Shown piece by piece: positions 48,870-60,000 of a stretch of DNA of 64,000 nt. Position 1 is the stretch's first letter. Every line of letters starts with the position of its first letter. Location: positions 1 to 64,000 of the forward strand of contig JAHHIK010000029.1 in NCBI GenBank assembly GCA_019358935.1, read 5' to 3'. A model generated the notes under the pieces. That model was not told where the DNA came from. It searched no databases and worked only from the letters and a program-made list of their open reading frames with translations. Made by a program: the position numbers and the translations under genes. Origin of the DNA: Tolypothrix carrinoi HA7290-LM1. Lineage in GTDB: Bacteria > Cyanobacteriota > Cyanobacteriia > Cyanobacteriales > Nostocaceae.

Positions 48870-51800
48870 TTAAGATAATTTTTCTAACTCCTCTATGATA
48901 ATTTCTTCAATAACCAGAGCCAATTCAGATACGGAGGGTGCCTCAAAGAGGGAACGAATAGATAGTTCTACCTGGAACTTTTTACGAAGCTGAGAAATTA
49001 GTACGGTTCCTATTAAAGAGTCTCCTCCTAACTCAAAAAAGTTGTCATGAATACCTACCTGCTCAATCCCTAGTAATTCTTGATAGATATCAGCAATCCT
49101 AGACTCACTCTCACTGGTAGGAGCAACATAAGCAGTTCTCAGTTGAGGTCTTTGGTATACCGATTTAGATATGTTGGACTTCTCTAGGACTTTCAAGGAA
49201 AATTTCTGCTCAACCTCAGTCAGTAAATCCTGCGTTGATACAACTATCTGAGGCACCGTGCTACTGAACAGAATCCGTCTAAATGCCTCAATGCCTTCTT
49301 CTGGGGTCATCCCTGGCGCAATCTCTTTCTCTGTTATAGCCTTATACCGTGTTTCAACAGCTACCGCCGTTCCTAAATTGCTCCATCTATCCCAGTCAAT
49401 GGCTCTGGTAAACTTGCCATATTTAGAAACACTGTAGTGAGCGAATGCGTCAAGAAAGGCATTTTCAGCAATGTAGTCTACCATACCCGCTACAGGTTGA
49501 AATGTACTACTTGATGAACAGAGTACAAAGAAATCCAGTTTGGCATTCTTAAAGAGAATATCGAGGATTTGTGTTCCCCTGACTTTCGGTGCAAGAGCAC
49601 TTGCTGCTGCCGCTTTTGTTTTTAGTTGAATAAGACCTCCTCCTGGAACTACTGCGGCATGAATCACCCCATGAATCTGACCAAATTGATGATTGGCCTG
49701 AGCGATCGCTGCTGACATTTGTTCAAGGTTGGCAACATCAGCGCTGACTACCAATACCTCTGCACCCAACGCCTCGATCGCTTGTAATTTTCGGATTTTA
49801 CAGCTGATACTGTCGGATTCATCATGAGTGGATAGCCATTGTAACCACTCGTTGCGATCGGGAAAAGCTGAATGCCCAGTCAGTATCAGTTTTGCTTTTA
49901 CGGTCTGTGCCAGATACTCAGCCAGCACTAGACCAACGCCTCCTAATCCACCCGTAATCAGATAGACTCCCCCTTCCCTTAAGCGTGGTTTTCCTTCAAC
50001 AGTTTCATACAGTTGGATTGGCTCAAAGGTCTGCACCCACCGATGATTGCCACGGTAGGCAATAATCTGATCGGATGGTTGAGTAGTCAGTTCTGTCAGT
50101 AGCTGGTTTACGAGTTTATCCCCTTGCCAACTTTCTAGTTCAGGAATAACAACATCAATACTACGACAGTTTATGTTTGGGTACTCTATCGGAATAATTT
50201 TACAGGGTCCAAGAACTAGTGCTTTCTCTGGAGACAGCACCTCTTCACCTGTTAATTCCTGCATATTATTTGACACGATTCCAATTTCAAGGGAATCTGT
50301 AAGATTTTGTTCTCCAATTGCCTGCGTTAGAAACAGCAAACTGTAAAAGTCTAAATCTTGAGAGTCTACCGATTCAAGTCCTAATTCTATATGATCAGGT
50401 GGTGTAACACTCCACAAATAAACAATTGTTTTTGGGGTCAAGTCCAGGGTGCAAAGTTCTTTGAGCAGGGTGTCGTAGTCATCCCGTTGCTGAGGATTGA
50501 TCGTATATACGTGTTGATCAAGTCCATCTGTAGAAGATTTGCTCTCGCTACGAAATTGCTCTCCCATCTTGACAGTAATAACATTCTGGTTCTCAAGTTT
50601 GAGTCGCTTCACTATTTGGACACCCAAGCCGCACTCATCGATAAATATTAACCAGCATCTTGACTGAGTCAATTTCAAAGGCTGGGGTGGCATTGAGCGT
50701 TTCCAGGATGGGATATAGAACCAGTCAGCAATGTCCGGCTTTTTATCTGACAAGACTTGAGGCATCTTGTCAACATCTTTTTGATCGACTAAAGCTGTAA
50801 ATGCTGCTGGTGCTGATAATGCTGTTGACGAAGAAGCCTGAGCAACAAAAACATGTTCCCCAAAGGCTTCAAATTCAGAGAAAGCTGCCACCTCAATAAA
50901 ACCACAGGAGTTTAGTGCTTCTTGCCACTGCTCTTTTGATAAAAATGGATTAGCCATGTTGCGGCTGCCTTTTTCATCTTCTATGGGATTCATGATTAGA
51001 GCATCAATCATGTCCGACTCTGGTCTAGGTTGAGTGATTTCCCACAGCAGTAAGAAGCCTCCAGGAGCTAATAAAGAGCGAACATGCTCTAGGGTTTGTT
51101 CGATGTTGCGGGCTATGTGCAATACATTGACGGCTACTACTACATCATAGCTGTGGCTATTGTACCCCTGGTCTTGAGGCGATCGCTCGATGTCTAGTAA
51201 GCCATATTGGACAAAAGGATACGCACTAAACTTATTTTTGGCATCTTTGACAAAAAAACCGCCCACATCGGTAAAAGTATAGTTTGTTTGCTGGGATGCT
51301 AACACAGGTAGTAATTCCACCGTGGCGATCCCAGTTCCACCGCCGATTTCTAAAATTCTGAGGTTCACGTCTGGTGGTAAAGTCATTGCCAGCTTTTCCA
51401 CCATTGCCCGCATAATGCCTCTTAAGTAAACCTCAGAGGGCAAGTATTGTCGAGAAATTTCTCCTTGGTTGACTAATGTAGCAACATGCAACTCTAATGG
51501 TTCTTTTTGACCAGTAAGCACAGCTACCAGATTTTCACCAAATATCTGGATCAGGTTTATATTTTGAGGTGTATCTGCCCATCTGACTCTGACTTCTTCT
51601 AGAAGAGTGTCGATATGGTCTTTTGACGATAGTAAAAAGTTTGTAAATAAACCCTCCTCTTGCTGTAACTGACCTTGCTCTACCAGTACTTCCAGCCACC
51701 TACACAACAGTTCACGGTATTTAGGAATTATAGAACATTGCTCAAATAATTCCTCAATAGAATATTTTTTGACTGGATCGCTAAATGTACCTAAATGTTT

Positions 51801-54728
51801 CAGGGCAAGGCTCATGTAAGCAGTACATAAATGATCTAACCATTGTTCGTTTGCTCGATAAGTTTGGTCGTCAAATTCCAAGCTCCCTTGAATCGCTTGC
51901 ATCTGAGCAACTTCTACCAGAGATTTCCAAAGCTCTGATGCTGTTGGTCTTGGGTGAAACTGTCTGGGTGAAAGTGATGGTTGTGGTTCAATCCAGTAAC
52001 GTTGGCGCTCAAAGGGATAAGTCGGTAAGGGAACGCGATGACGGCGCTCATTGGCATAAAAGCCCGACCAATCAATCTGGACTCCTGAGAGCCACAATTG
52101 ACCTAATGTCTTAAGCAAGAAAGCCAAATCTGGCTGTCGCTCGTAGGAATGCCGGAGCGAGGGCAGTACAATTTGATCTGTAAAGGAGCCGTTATCCAAA
52201 CACTGTAAAGCTAAACTGCTCAGTGTCTGTCCCGATCCCACCTCCAACAGAATCGGATTTTGTTTTTTCCACAATTGTTGAACTCCATCTGCAAAACGCA
52301 CGGTTTCGCATAGATGCTTTGCCCAGTATGTGGGATCTGTAGCTTCGGCTGCTGTAATCCAAGTTCCCGTGACATTAGATAAATAGGGAATTTTGGGTGG
52401 CTGGAGGCTGACAGTTTTTACCAAGTCGGTGAATGGTTGTGCGATCGCATCCATCATTGTTGAATGAAAGGCATGGGAAGTTTGCAAACGCCGACAGGCT
52501 AATCCCCTTTCAGTCAACTTGCTTTCTAATTCATCGACAGCATCTATGACTCCAGCAATCACACACTGTTGCGAACCGTTGATTGCTGACAAAGAAAGAT
52601 TCTCACTCAACAGAGGATGCACCTGTTCTTCTGAAAGGGGGACAGCCAACATTGCGCCACTTGGTAATTCCTGAATCATTTGCGCTCTTTTGGCGACGAG
52701 AGTCAAAGCATCTTCAATAGACAACACCCCTGCTAGCGTAGCCGCGACATATTCACCGATGCTGTAGCCAATCATTGCCGCCGGACGAATTCCCCATGAC
52801 ATCCACAACTGGGCCAAGGCGTACTCAATGACAAAAATAGCTGGCTGAGTGAGATAAGTTTGATTGAGTTTTTGAGTGCCTACATCTGCTTGTTCTGTCC
52901 CACGACCTAACATTTTTCGCAAATCTAGCCCAGCAGCAAGAGTGTTTTGTTTTTGCTGAGTGTCATTCTCACTGTTTTTAGTGGGATACAGGACATCTCG
53001 CAAATCTTGACCAAGAAGCGGTTTGAGAAATTCACAACAGTAGTCAATTTGTTGCCGAAATGTTGGTTCATCTTGGTAAAGTTCACCAGCCATGTTGACA
53101 TATTGAGTACCCAGCCCTGGAAACATGAAGGCTAGAGGACGTTCTTCAGTTTCTTGAATACTGGCAAGTAAGCGCTTTGGATCTTCAAGTGCAGCGATCA
53201 CATCTGCAATATCCCGACAAACAAAAGTCTGCCTATGTTCAAAAGCTTGTCGTCCACACTGCAATGTGTAAGCAACATCCGCGAGGTTTAAATCGGGATG
53301 CTGTTTGAAGTAATCTGCCAAATTGACAGTAGCGCTTTTTAATGCTGAGTCTGTTTTAGCTGAAAGTAATAATAACTGCCAAGGACGAGAAGGGCTAGAT
53401 TTTGGAAGGGTTGGGGCTTCTTCCAAAATTACGTGAGCATTAGTCCCACCTATACCCAGAGAACTCACACCTGCACGGCGAGGAATATGAGTAGTTTTCC
53501 ATTCCGTCAGCTTGGTGTTGACGTAAAAAGGACTGTTGGCAAAATCAATCTCCGGATTGGGTTGTTCAAAGTTTAAGCTGGGGGGTATTTGCTGATGTTT
53601 GAGAGCCAGAGTCGCCTTAATTAAGCTTGTAACCCCTGCGGCTGCGTCTAAATGACCAATATTTGTTTTGACTGAACCGATCGCACAGAAGCCTTTTTTA
53701 TCGGTACTTTCACGAAACACGTTTGTTAAAGCAGAAATTTCAATGGGATCGCCTAAGACAGTTCCTGAACCGTGAGCTTCTATATAGCTAATGGTTTCAG
53801 GTTCCACTCCAGCCAAAGCCAGTGCTTCCGCGACTACATCTGCTTGTCCGTTAACGCTGGGTGCTGTGTAACCGATTTTACCAGAACCATCGTTATTGAT
53901 GGCGCTACCTTTAATTACAGCATAGATATGATCACCATCAGCGATCGCCTCAGCTAACCGTTTTAAAACTACAATGCCTACCCCATTACCAATAATCGTT
54001 CCCCTGGCTTGAGCATCAAAGGCGCGACAGTGCCCGTCAGGTGATAAAACACCGCCTTCTTGATACAAATACCCGGTTTTTTGGAGAATATTAATCGATA
54101 CTCCCCCCGCTAAAGCCATATCGCATTGGTAATTTAATAGACTTTGGCAAGCGAGAGAGGTGGCAACTAAGGAAGTAGAACAAGCAGTTTGTACTGTCAG
54201 ACTTGGGCCAGTAAGATTTAATTTATAGGAAACGCGAGTCGCTAGGAAATCTTTATCGTTACCAATTGCCTTTTGAAAAATGCTAGCTAATCCATTGCGA
54301 TCGCTCTTTAAATCCAATGATAAATAATTATTTGAACTAGCACCAGCATAAACTCCAACCCGACTTTCACAACGTTGGGAGTCATAGCCAGCATTTTCTA
54401 ATGCTTCCCATGCATATTCTAAAAATAAACGATGCTGCGGGTCTGTAATTTCTGCTTCTTTAGGGTTAAAGCCGAAGAATGAAGCATCAAATAAATCTAT
54501 ATTTTCTAATACAGCAAGGCTTTTCACATATTTAGGATCACTAAGTAATTCTGGATCAATTTTATAGGCAATTAATTCTGCATCTGTGAAAGTAGATATT
54601 GATTCTACTCCAGAGCGTAAATTTTCCCAAAAATCTTCAATACCATTAGCACCGGGAAAACGTCCTGACATGCCAATAATTGCAATAGCTTGTATTGAAT
54701 CGTATGCTTCTGTACTATTGATTAACAT
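48870..54728 (-). CDS. Type I PKS KS-AT-MT-KR-ACP
   Basis: KS TACSTS; AT GYSIG and HAFH; MT ILEIGGGTG; KR TGGLGGVG, APKVRG and YIAEN; ACP GGDSL. Confidence 0.95.
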   Translation of the reverse strand: MLINSTEAYDSIQAIAIIGMSGRFPGANGIEDFWENLRSGVESISTFTDAELIAYKIDPELLSDPKYVKSLAVLENIDLFDASFFGFNPKEAEITDPQHRLFLEYAWEALENAGYDSQRCESRVGVYAGASSNNYLSLDLKSDRNGLASIFQKAIGNDKDFLATRVSYKLNLTGPSLTVQTACSTSLVATSLACQSLLNYQCDMALAGGVSINILQKTGYLYQEGGVLSPDGHCRAFDAQARGTIIGNGVGIVVLKRLAEAIADGDHIYAVIKGSAINNDGSGKIGYTAPSVNGQADVVAEALALAGVEPETISYIEAHGSGTVLGDPIEISALTNVFRESTDKKGFCAIGSVKTNIGHLDAAAGVTSLIKATLALKHQQIPPSLNFEQPNPEIDFANSPFYVNTKLTEWKTTHIPRRAGVSSLGIGGTNAHVILEEAPTLPKSSPSRPWQLLLLSAKTDSALKSATVNLADYFKQHPDLNLADVAYTLQCGRQAFEHRQTFVCRDIADVIAALEDPKRLLASIQETEERPLAFMFPGLGTQYVNMAGELYQDEPTFRQQIDYCCEFLKPLLGQDLRDVLYPTKNSENDTQQKQNTLAAGLDLRKMLGRGTEQADVGTQKLNQTYLTQPAIFVIEYALAQLWMSWGIRPAAMIGYSIGEYVAATLAGVLSIEDALTLVAKRAQMIQELPSGAMLAVPLSEEQVHPLLSENLSLSAINGSQQCVIAGVIDAVDELESKLTERGLACRRLQTSHAFHSTMMDAIAQPFTDLVKTVSLQPPKIPYLSNVTGTWITAAEATDPTYWAKHLCETVRFADGVQQLWKKQNPILLEVGSGQTLSSLALQCLDNGSFTDQIVLPSLRHSYERQPDLAFLLKTLGQLWLSGVQIDWSGFYANERRHRVPLPTYPFERQRYWIEPQPSLSPRQFHPRPTASELWKSLVEVAQMQAIQGSLEFDDQTYRANEQWLDHLCTAYMSLALKHLGTFSDPVKKYSIEELFEQCSIIPKYRELLCRWLEVLVEQGQLQQEEGLFTNFLLSSKDHIDTLLEEVRVRWADTPQNINLIQIFGENLVAVLTGQKEPLELHVATLVNQGEISRQYLPSEVYLRGIMRAMVEKLAMTLPPDVNLRILEIGGGTGIATVELLPVLASQQTNYTFTDVGGFFVKDAKNKFSAYPFVQYGLLDIERSPQDQGYNSHSYDVVVAVNVLHIARNIEQTLEHVRSLLAPGGFLLLWEITQPRPESDMIDALIMNPIEDEKGSRNMANPFLSKEQWQEALNSCGFIEVAAFSEFEAFGEHVFVAQASSSTALSAPAAFTALVDQKDVDKMPQVLSDKKPDIADWFYIPSWKRSMPPQPLKLTQSRCWLIFIDECGLGVQIVKRLKLENQNVITVKMGEQFRSESKSSTDGLDQHVYTINPQQRDDYDTLLKELCTLDLTPKTIVYLWSVTPPDHIELGLESVDSQDLDFYSLLFLTQAIGEQNLTDSLEIGIVSNNMQELTGEEVLSPEKALVLGPCKIIPIEYPNINCRSIDVVIPELESWQGDKLVNQLLTELTTQPSDQIIAYRGNHRWVQTFEPIQLYETVEGKPRLREGGVYLITGGLGGVGLVLAEYLAQTVKAKLILTGHSAFPDRNEWLQWLSTHDESDSISCKIRKLQAIEALGAEVLVVSADVANLEQMSAAIAQANHQFGQIHGVIHAAVVPGGGLIQLKTKAAAASALAPKVRGTQILDILFKNAKLDFFVLCSSSSTFQPVAGMVDYIAENAFLDAFAHYSVSKYGKFTRAIDWDRWSNLGTAVAVETRYKAITEKEIAPGMTPEEGIEAFRRILFSSTVPQIVVSTQDLLTEVEQKFSLKVLEKSNISKSVYQRPQLRTAYVAPTSESESRIADIYQELLGIEQVGIHDNFFELGGDSLIGTVLISQLRKKFQVELSIRSLFEAPSVSELALVIEEIIIEELEKLS

Positions 54729-54792
54729 TATCTTACCTCACTAATTACACATAAACCTATGATTAATAGATTGTCCAAACGACTAATATCAT

Positions 54793-55641
54793 TTAATAAC
54801 CAACAAACGCTTTCCCAAAAATCCACAATAAAAACTTTTCAAGTTTTGTCAATTCTGAGTGGTAAAAATCAAATACCAAAACTACTCGTTCTTTATTACT
54901 TTTATTCCATACTTCATGCTCAAAACTATGATCGAAAAATAAAGTTTTCCCTTCAGTCCAATTCCGCGTTTCACTTCCGACCCTAATGGCACAATTTTCT
55001 GGAATTCTTAATCCCAATTGACACATTATATCAATATTTGAAGGATCGTAGTGTGGAGGTAAGGCAACTCCTGATTTTAAAACAAGAAATACAACCTGTC
55101 CAAAAGGAATCATAAAAGATTTTAACTTAGACACAATCTTTACTGTTTTTGGAAATAGAGAGTGGGCTGCTTTAGTAAATTTACCTGCGTCCCATAACAT
55201 AAATTCTCCCCAGTCATCTTCCTTGAGATGCGGATAGTAGTTACTTCCTACAAATCTTGAAACTAAATTATGTTTATTTGATCGATTTCTTAACCACTCA
55301 TTTTTTATATCTTTCGCACCTTTTTCGAGCGTATCAGATATAAATTTTAACCCGTCGTAATCACAAGGTTCATACCAAGGTTTAGAAGTGAGATCAAGAT
55401 ATAAAAACATTCTTGGTTTTTGTTGCGGGTTACAATCATCATTATCTATGTCTATCAATCCCAAATAGAATTTGGCAGACTTTTCAAATCTCTGAACATT
55501 ACCTTTAGGAAATAAATACTTTAACAATGGCAATAGCGAAAAAAGTATTTTGACTTTTATCTTATCCGACTTAGACAAAATCTGCTGACGTGGCAGCGAT
55601 TCCTTGTATTCCTGCAATATGGAATTTTCAAGTGTAGTCAT
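54793..55641 (-). CDS. Aspartyl/asparaginyl beta-hydroxylase-family Fe(II)/2OG dioxygenase
   Basis: PPHYD (HxD), LGLRIP, W.EGK...FDHSFEHEVWN...RVVL motifs. Confidence 0.88.
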   Translation of the reverse strand: MTTLENSILQEYKESLPRQQILSKSDKIKVKILFSLLPLLKYLFPKGNVQRFEKSAKFYLGLIDIDNDDCNPQQKPRMFLYLDLTSKPWYEPCDYDGLKFISDTLEKGAKDIKNEWLRNRSNKHNLVSRFVGSNYYPHLKEDDWGEFMLWDAGKFTKAAHSLFPKTVKIVSKLKSFMIPFGQVVFLVLKSGVALPPHYDPSNIDIMCQLGLRIPENCAIRVGSETRNWTEGKTLFFDHSFEHEVWNKSNKERVVLVFDFYHSELTKLEKFLLWIFGKAFVGY

Positions 55642-55732
55642 TCTTATTTGCCTCTATTAAGAAATTGCTTTTTTCGAGTGATAGCAGCATTTTGTTTCTC
55701 TGCAAAGTTAAGGGTTATCCTCAACTCATGTT

Positions 55733-57082
55733 TCACGACTGCGAACGCTTAACTTGGGATAAATGCGGGATAAACTCCATATTAAATTCAGGTAATAAGT
55801 TAGATGGCAGATGTTTATGAAAAGCTTCAATTGCTCGTTGCACACCATCTTCTACTTGAATTTTCTTGCTAATTTCAACTACGCGAGCCTGCATCGCCTT
55901 ATCATTGATAGCAGTTTTAATTGCTGCTGCTAACTTTTGAGCAGACAATTGTTCTTTTTGCGGTACTGTAAAATTAATACCTAAACCAGACTGTTCTAAA
56001 TGGGCTGCCCAAAACTCATGATCATTCAAAAAAATATTACCGTCATCTACAATAACAATCATACGAACACCAACTCGTAGAGAAGTCATAATTGTTCCCA
56101 AGCCAGCTTGGTGTACAACTACGGACATTTTTGGGAATAACCAGTTATGATATACCGACCCTTTTATAGATAGTATTTTATCTGTAAATTCAGTATCGTC
56201 TAGGTCGTCGTTATTGGAACTCTGCACAATTATTCTTTGTCCAGTTAGTGCTGAAAGTTCTAGTAGAACTTCTTTTGTAAAATGCTCAGGATGCCAAAGT
56301 CTACTAATATAGATCGGCGGAGATCCTTCAGATAAAAAATTTATTAGGTTTGTTGGTGGTTGCCAATTATCTGGATTATCTAGGAAGCAATAACCAGTTA
56401 CATGCACATGTTCTTGCCATTCAGATGGTTTAGGCAGAAAAGAAGGACTATAACCATATAGTGCTGGGATTTTTCGCTGCTGTATATAGCGCAATACACT
56501 CACAAAAAAAAGAAGAGGAGGCAAATTCAAGATTTCCTGTCGCCACTGATTAATTGTTGGTCGAATGTATAACCAAAGAATTTGGTCAAAAAGCGGATAA
56601 CTAAACCAATTGTAAATACTTCCTAAATGTTTGAAATAAGGCATATGTGAGTAATAAAAAGCTCTCGTTTGGTGGTGGGGTTGTACAGGAACTAAATAGC
56701 AAGGTATACCTAGTTTCTCTGCAATATAAATACATGGGAACACAGTTGTGTTAAACATTATGGCATCTGTTCCTTGGCATACTTGCCATAACTGAGTTAG
56801 CATCCCATTTTTATTTTTTAGTTCTTCAGAAATCCAAGCTATTTCATTTAGAGTACGGATGTTAAAAATTCTTTTTTTTAAGAAATACTCTCCAATATCT
56901 ACAAGTTCCCAATCCATAGGAACAAATTCAATACCAAAACTTCTAACGAATTCTTCTGCCGCATCGTCATATGCGAATGCAGCAATCCGCACTTTATGCC
57001 CAAATTTTTCTAATCCCAGTGCTAAGGGCACATAAGGTCTAATGTCACCAGCAGTTCCTAATGTAGCAATTGTTATGTGCAT
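55733..57082 (-). CDS. GT1-family (sterol-glucosyltransferase-like) glycosyltransferase
   Basis: N-terminal IATLGTAGDIRPY, plus PKPSEW..HVHVTGY and WLFPKMSVVVHQAGLGT. Confidence 0.85.
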   Translation of the reverse strand: MHITIATLGTAGDIRPYVPLALGLEKFGHKVRIAAFAYDDAAEEFVRSFGIEFVPMDWELVDIGEYFLKKRIFNIRTLNEIAWISEELKNKNGMLTQLWQVCQGTDAIMFNTTVFPCIYIAEKLGIPCYLVPVQPHHQTRAFYYSHMPYFKHLGSIYNWFSYPLFDQILWLYIRPTINQWRQEILNLPPLLFFVSVLRYIQQRKIPALYGYSPSFLPKPSEWQEHVHVTGYCFLDNPDNWQPPTNLINFLSEGSPPIYISRLWHPEHFTKEVLLELSALTGQRIIVQSSNNDDLDDTEFTDKILSIKGSVYHNWLFPKMSVVVHQAGLGTIMTSLRVGVRMIVIVDDGNIFLNDHEFWAAHLEQSGLGINFTVPQKEQLSAQKLAAAIKTAINDKAMQARVVEISKKIQVEDGVQRAIEAFHKHLPSNLLPEFNMEFIPHLSQVKRSQS

Positions 57083-57095
57083 AAGTTTTTACCTA

Positions 57096-60000
57096 TTACG
57101 AAGTACGAAGCCGCTTTTTTCTGTTAACAGCTGCTTTTTGTTTTTCTGCTCTACCACGAATTTCTTTAAAAGAATCTTTTTGGCTTTGATCCTGAATTAA
57201 ATAGTTAGCTAAAGAACTGATATTTGGGTATTTGAACAAATCAGTAATTAATACATTTTTAGGAAACAGTTGTTGCAGTTTGCTTTGAACTTGAAGCGCA
57301 AGTAGTGAATGACCACCTAAATCAAAGAAATTGTCATTTATTCCTACTGTTTCTAGATGAAGAACTTCCTGCCAAATCGTTGCAATTGTTTTCTCAACCT
57401 CATTGCAAGGTGCAACATGAGCAAAGGCTAAATTTGAACTTAAATCCTTGGGTGTTGGCAAAGCCCGACGGTCTAATTTACCATTTGGACTTAACGGTAA
57501 AGCGTTAAGCATTATGAAGCTAGAAGGAACCATATATTCGGGTAAGTGTTCCTTTAAATAGTCTCTTAGGCGTTGGGCTAAGTTTCCTGGGTTAATACGT
57601 TTATTGCTCCCAAACTGAGAAAAAAGTCGCTCATAAAAAGGTGTTTGCTTGAATACTCTTTGATGGTGATAAGATTTGTATTCAAATTCAATTTTTTCTC
57701 CATTTATCTTAATTAAGCGTCCTTTAATCTCGTAGTCAGGGTTTAGATTGTTATCAGACAGTGTTCCTTTACAAAAAGCTTGAATTGTATCTCCTACGGA
57801 TACTTGAATACCAGGATAAAATACCGGAAAGTAAACTGGTAACCAACTATATTCATGATCGAGGATATCTATTACTTCTCCTGGAACAGTCTCCAAACTT
57901 AACCATAGTAAAAAACCATCTAATCTGGAATCTTTATTAATAGTGAAACTTACTTCATGACAGTATTCTGGTGCAACAAATCTTGTAAAATCTAAATTTT
58001 CAAAATTTTCCACATTGGATATGATATTTGATTTAGGAAATTTATTAATACATAATCTCAAATCAAATGGATACCCAACTTCTTCAAAAACTTGCTCAGT
58101 ATAGTATGCTGTTAGCTCAGTAAACCTTGGATTATCTAATAATTCATCAGGAAGACAAGCAGGAGCAATTTTAGTTATAGCTTTAAAGGGTATCATGACA
58201 CCATCTTGTTTTAAAAATCTTCTAGCGTCATTAAGAATTACTGTCACACCTTCAGAACCAGCTATTGTCCCCATTATTTCTGAGACACATATATCAGCGA
58301 GTTCTGGTAAATTCACTTGGGTTGCATCCCCATGAATTAAAGTTATTTTGTCTGACAAGCCTAAGTTATTGATATTAGCTTCTGCTTGACGATACGCTTC
58401 CTCGCCAATCTCAATTGCATAGACTTTCTTTGCACCTGCTTCTACACAAAATCTCGACAATATCGCATCTTTACCTGTACCAATTTCAACAACTACTTTA
58501 TCTTTTACTAGCTGATTTATAGCAACTTTATAGCTATGATTCCTCAAATAATCATTGGTCATAGCGTAGTATAAGAATTCGTCGTAGACTGGGTATTCTC
58601 CTACAGATGGCCATAGTTCGATTTGGTCTTTTTGTTGGTTGTCCTGTTCACTTAATAAGTTGCCCTGTCTCTTTTCAGGAACAATATAAGCTACTAAGCG
58701 CTTATTTCCAGACACATCTTCCCTGTCCATAACCACACTCTCTTGAACATCTGAGTGTTGATTCAACAATGCCTCAATTTCCCCTAGTTCGATGCGGAAG
58801 CCACGAATTTTTACTTGATAGTCAATACGCCCTAAAAACTCAATGTTTCCATCTAATCGGTAGCGAACTAAGTCGCCTGTCTGATAAAGACGCGCTCCTG
58901 CTTCTGTAGTATAGGGATTGGGTATAAACTTTTCTGCTGTTAATTCCGGTCGGTTGCGGTAGCCTCTTGCTACACCCATACCTCCAATATAAAGTTCTCC
59001 TGGAACACCTATCGGAACCAATTCCAGAGATGAATCTAGTATATAGGTCTGAATGTTATTAATTGGTTTTCCAATTGGCAACTCACATCCCACAGTTTTA
59101 AGAGATGTTACTGTTGATAAATCGCACATTGTTGCAGAAATTGTCGTTTCTGTAGGGCCGTAGCAATTAACGAGTCGTACTTGTTCCCCTACCTGCTGCT
59201 GCCATATTTTTAAACGCGAAGGATCAGCTTTTTCGCCACCAATGAGAACTAATCGCACTGTTACAGGTAGTACTAAATTTCCCGTAGACAATTCATCTGT
59301 TAGCTGATGCCAAAAGCTAGTAGGTAAGTCAAGTATTGTAAGTTCCAAATTATTACACTGATACAGGAACTCCGATATGGAACTCAACATTTGATCAGTT
59401 CGTAGTATTAAGGTTGCACCTTGCAATAAACACGAAAATATTTCTTCGGCAGCTACATCAAAACTAATTGAAGTAAATTGTAGAATGCGATCGCTCGACT
59501 TCAGCGCAAACTCTATACATGTAGTATTAATATAAGTACTCAAGGAGCGATGCTGAATCATTACCCCTTTGGGTGTTCCCGTTGAACCAGATGTATAAAT
59601 TAGATAGGCTAGGTTTTCAGGTTGTGTCTGATTAATCGGATTGTCCTGGCTGTTCTCAGCAATGGTCTGCCAGTCTGTATCTAAGCAAATGACTTGAGAT
59701 TGATGTTCGGGGAGTGCATCGCATTGTACTGACGTAGTTAGTAAAACTGACACTTGGGCATCCTTTAACATCAAAGCCAGACGTTCTTTTGGGTAAGCAG
59801 TATCTAAAGGTAGATATGCACCTCCGGCTTTGAGGATTGCCAGCAGTCCAACCACCATCTCTAAAGAGCGCTGTATGCAGATTCCCACTAAAACTTCTGG
59901 TCTAACTCCCAAAGTTTTGAGATAGTGCGCTAGTTGATTCGCTCGCTGATTTAATTCTTTATAAGTTAAATGTTGGTTGTCAAAAACCACCGCAACTGCA

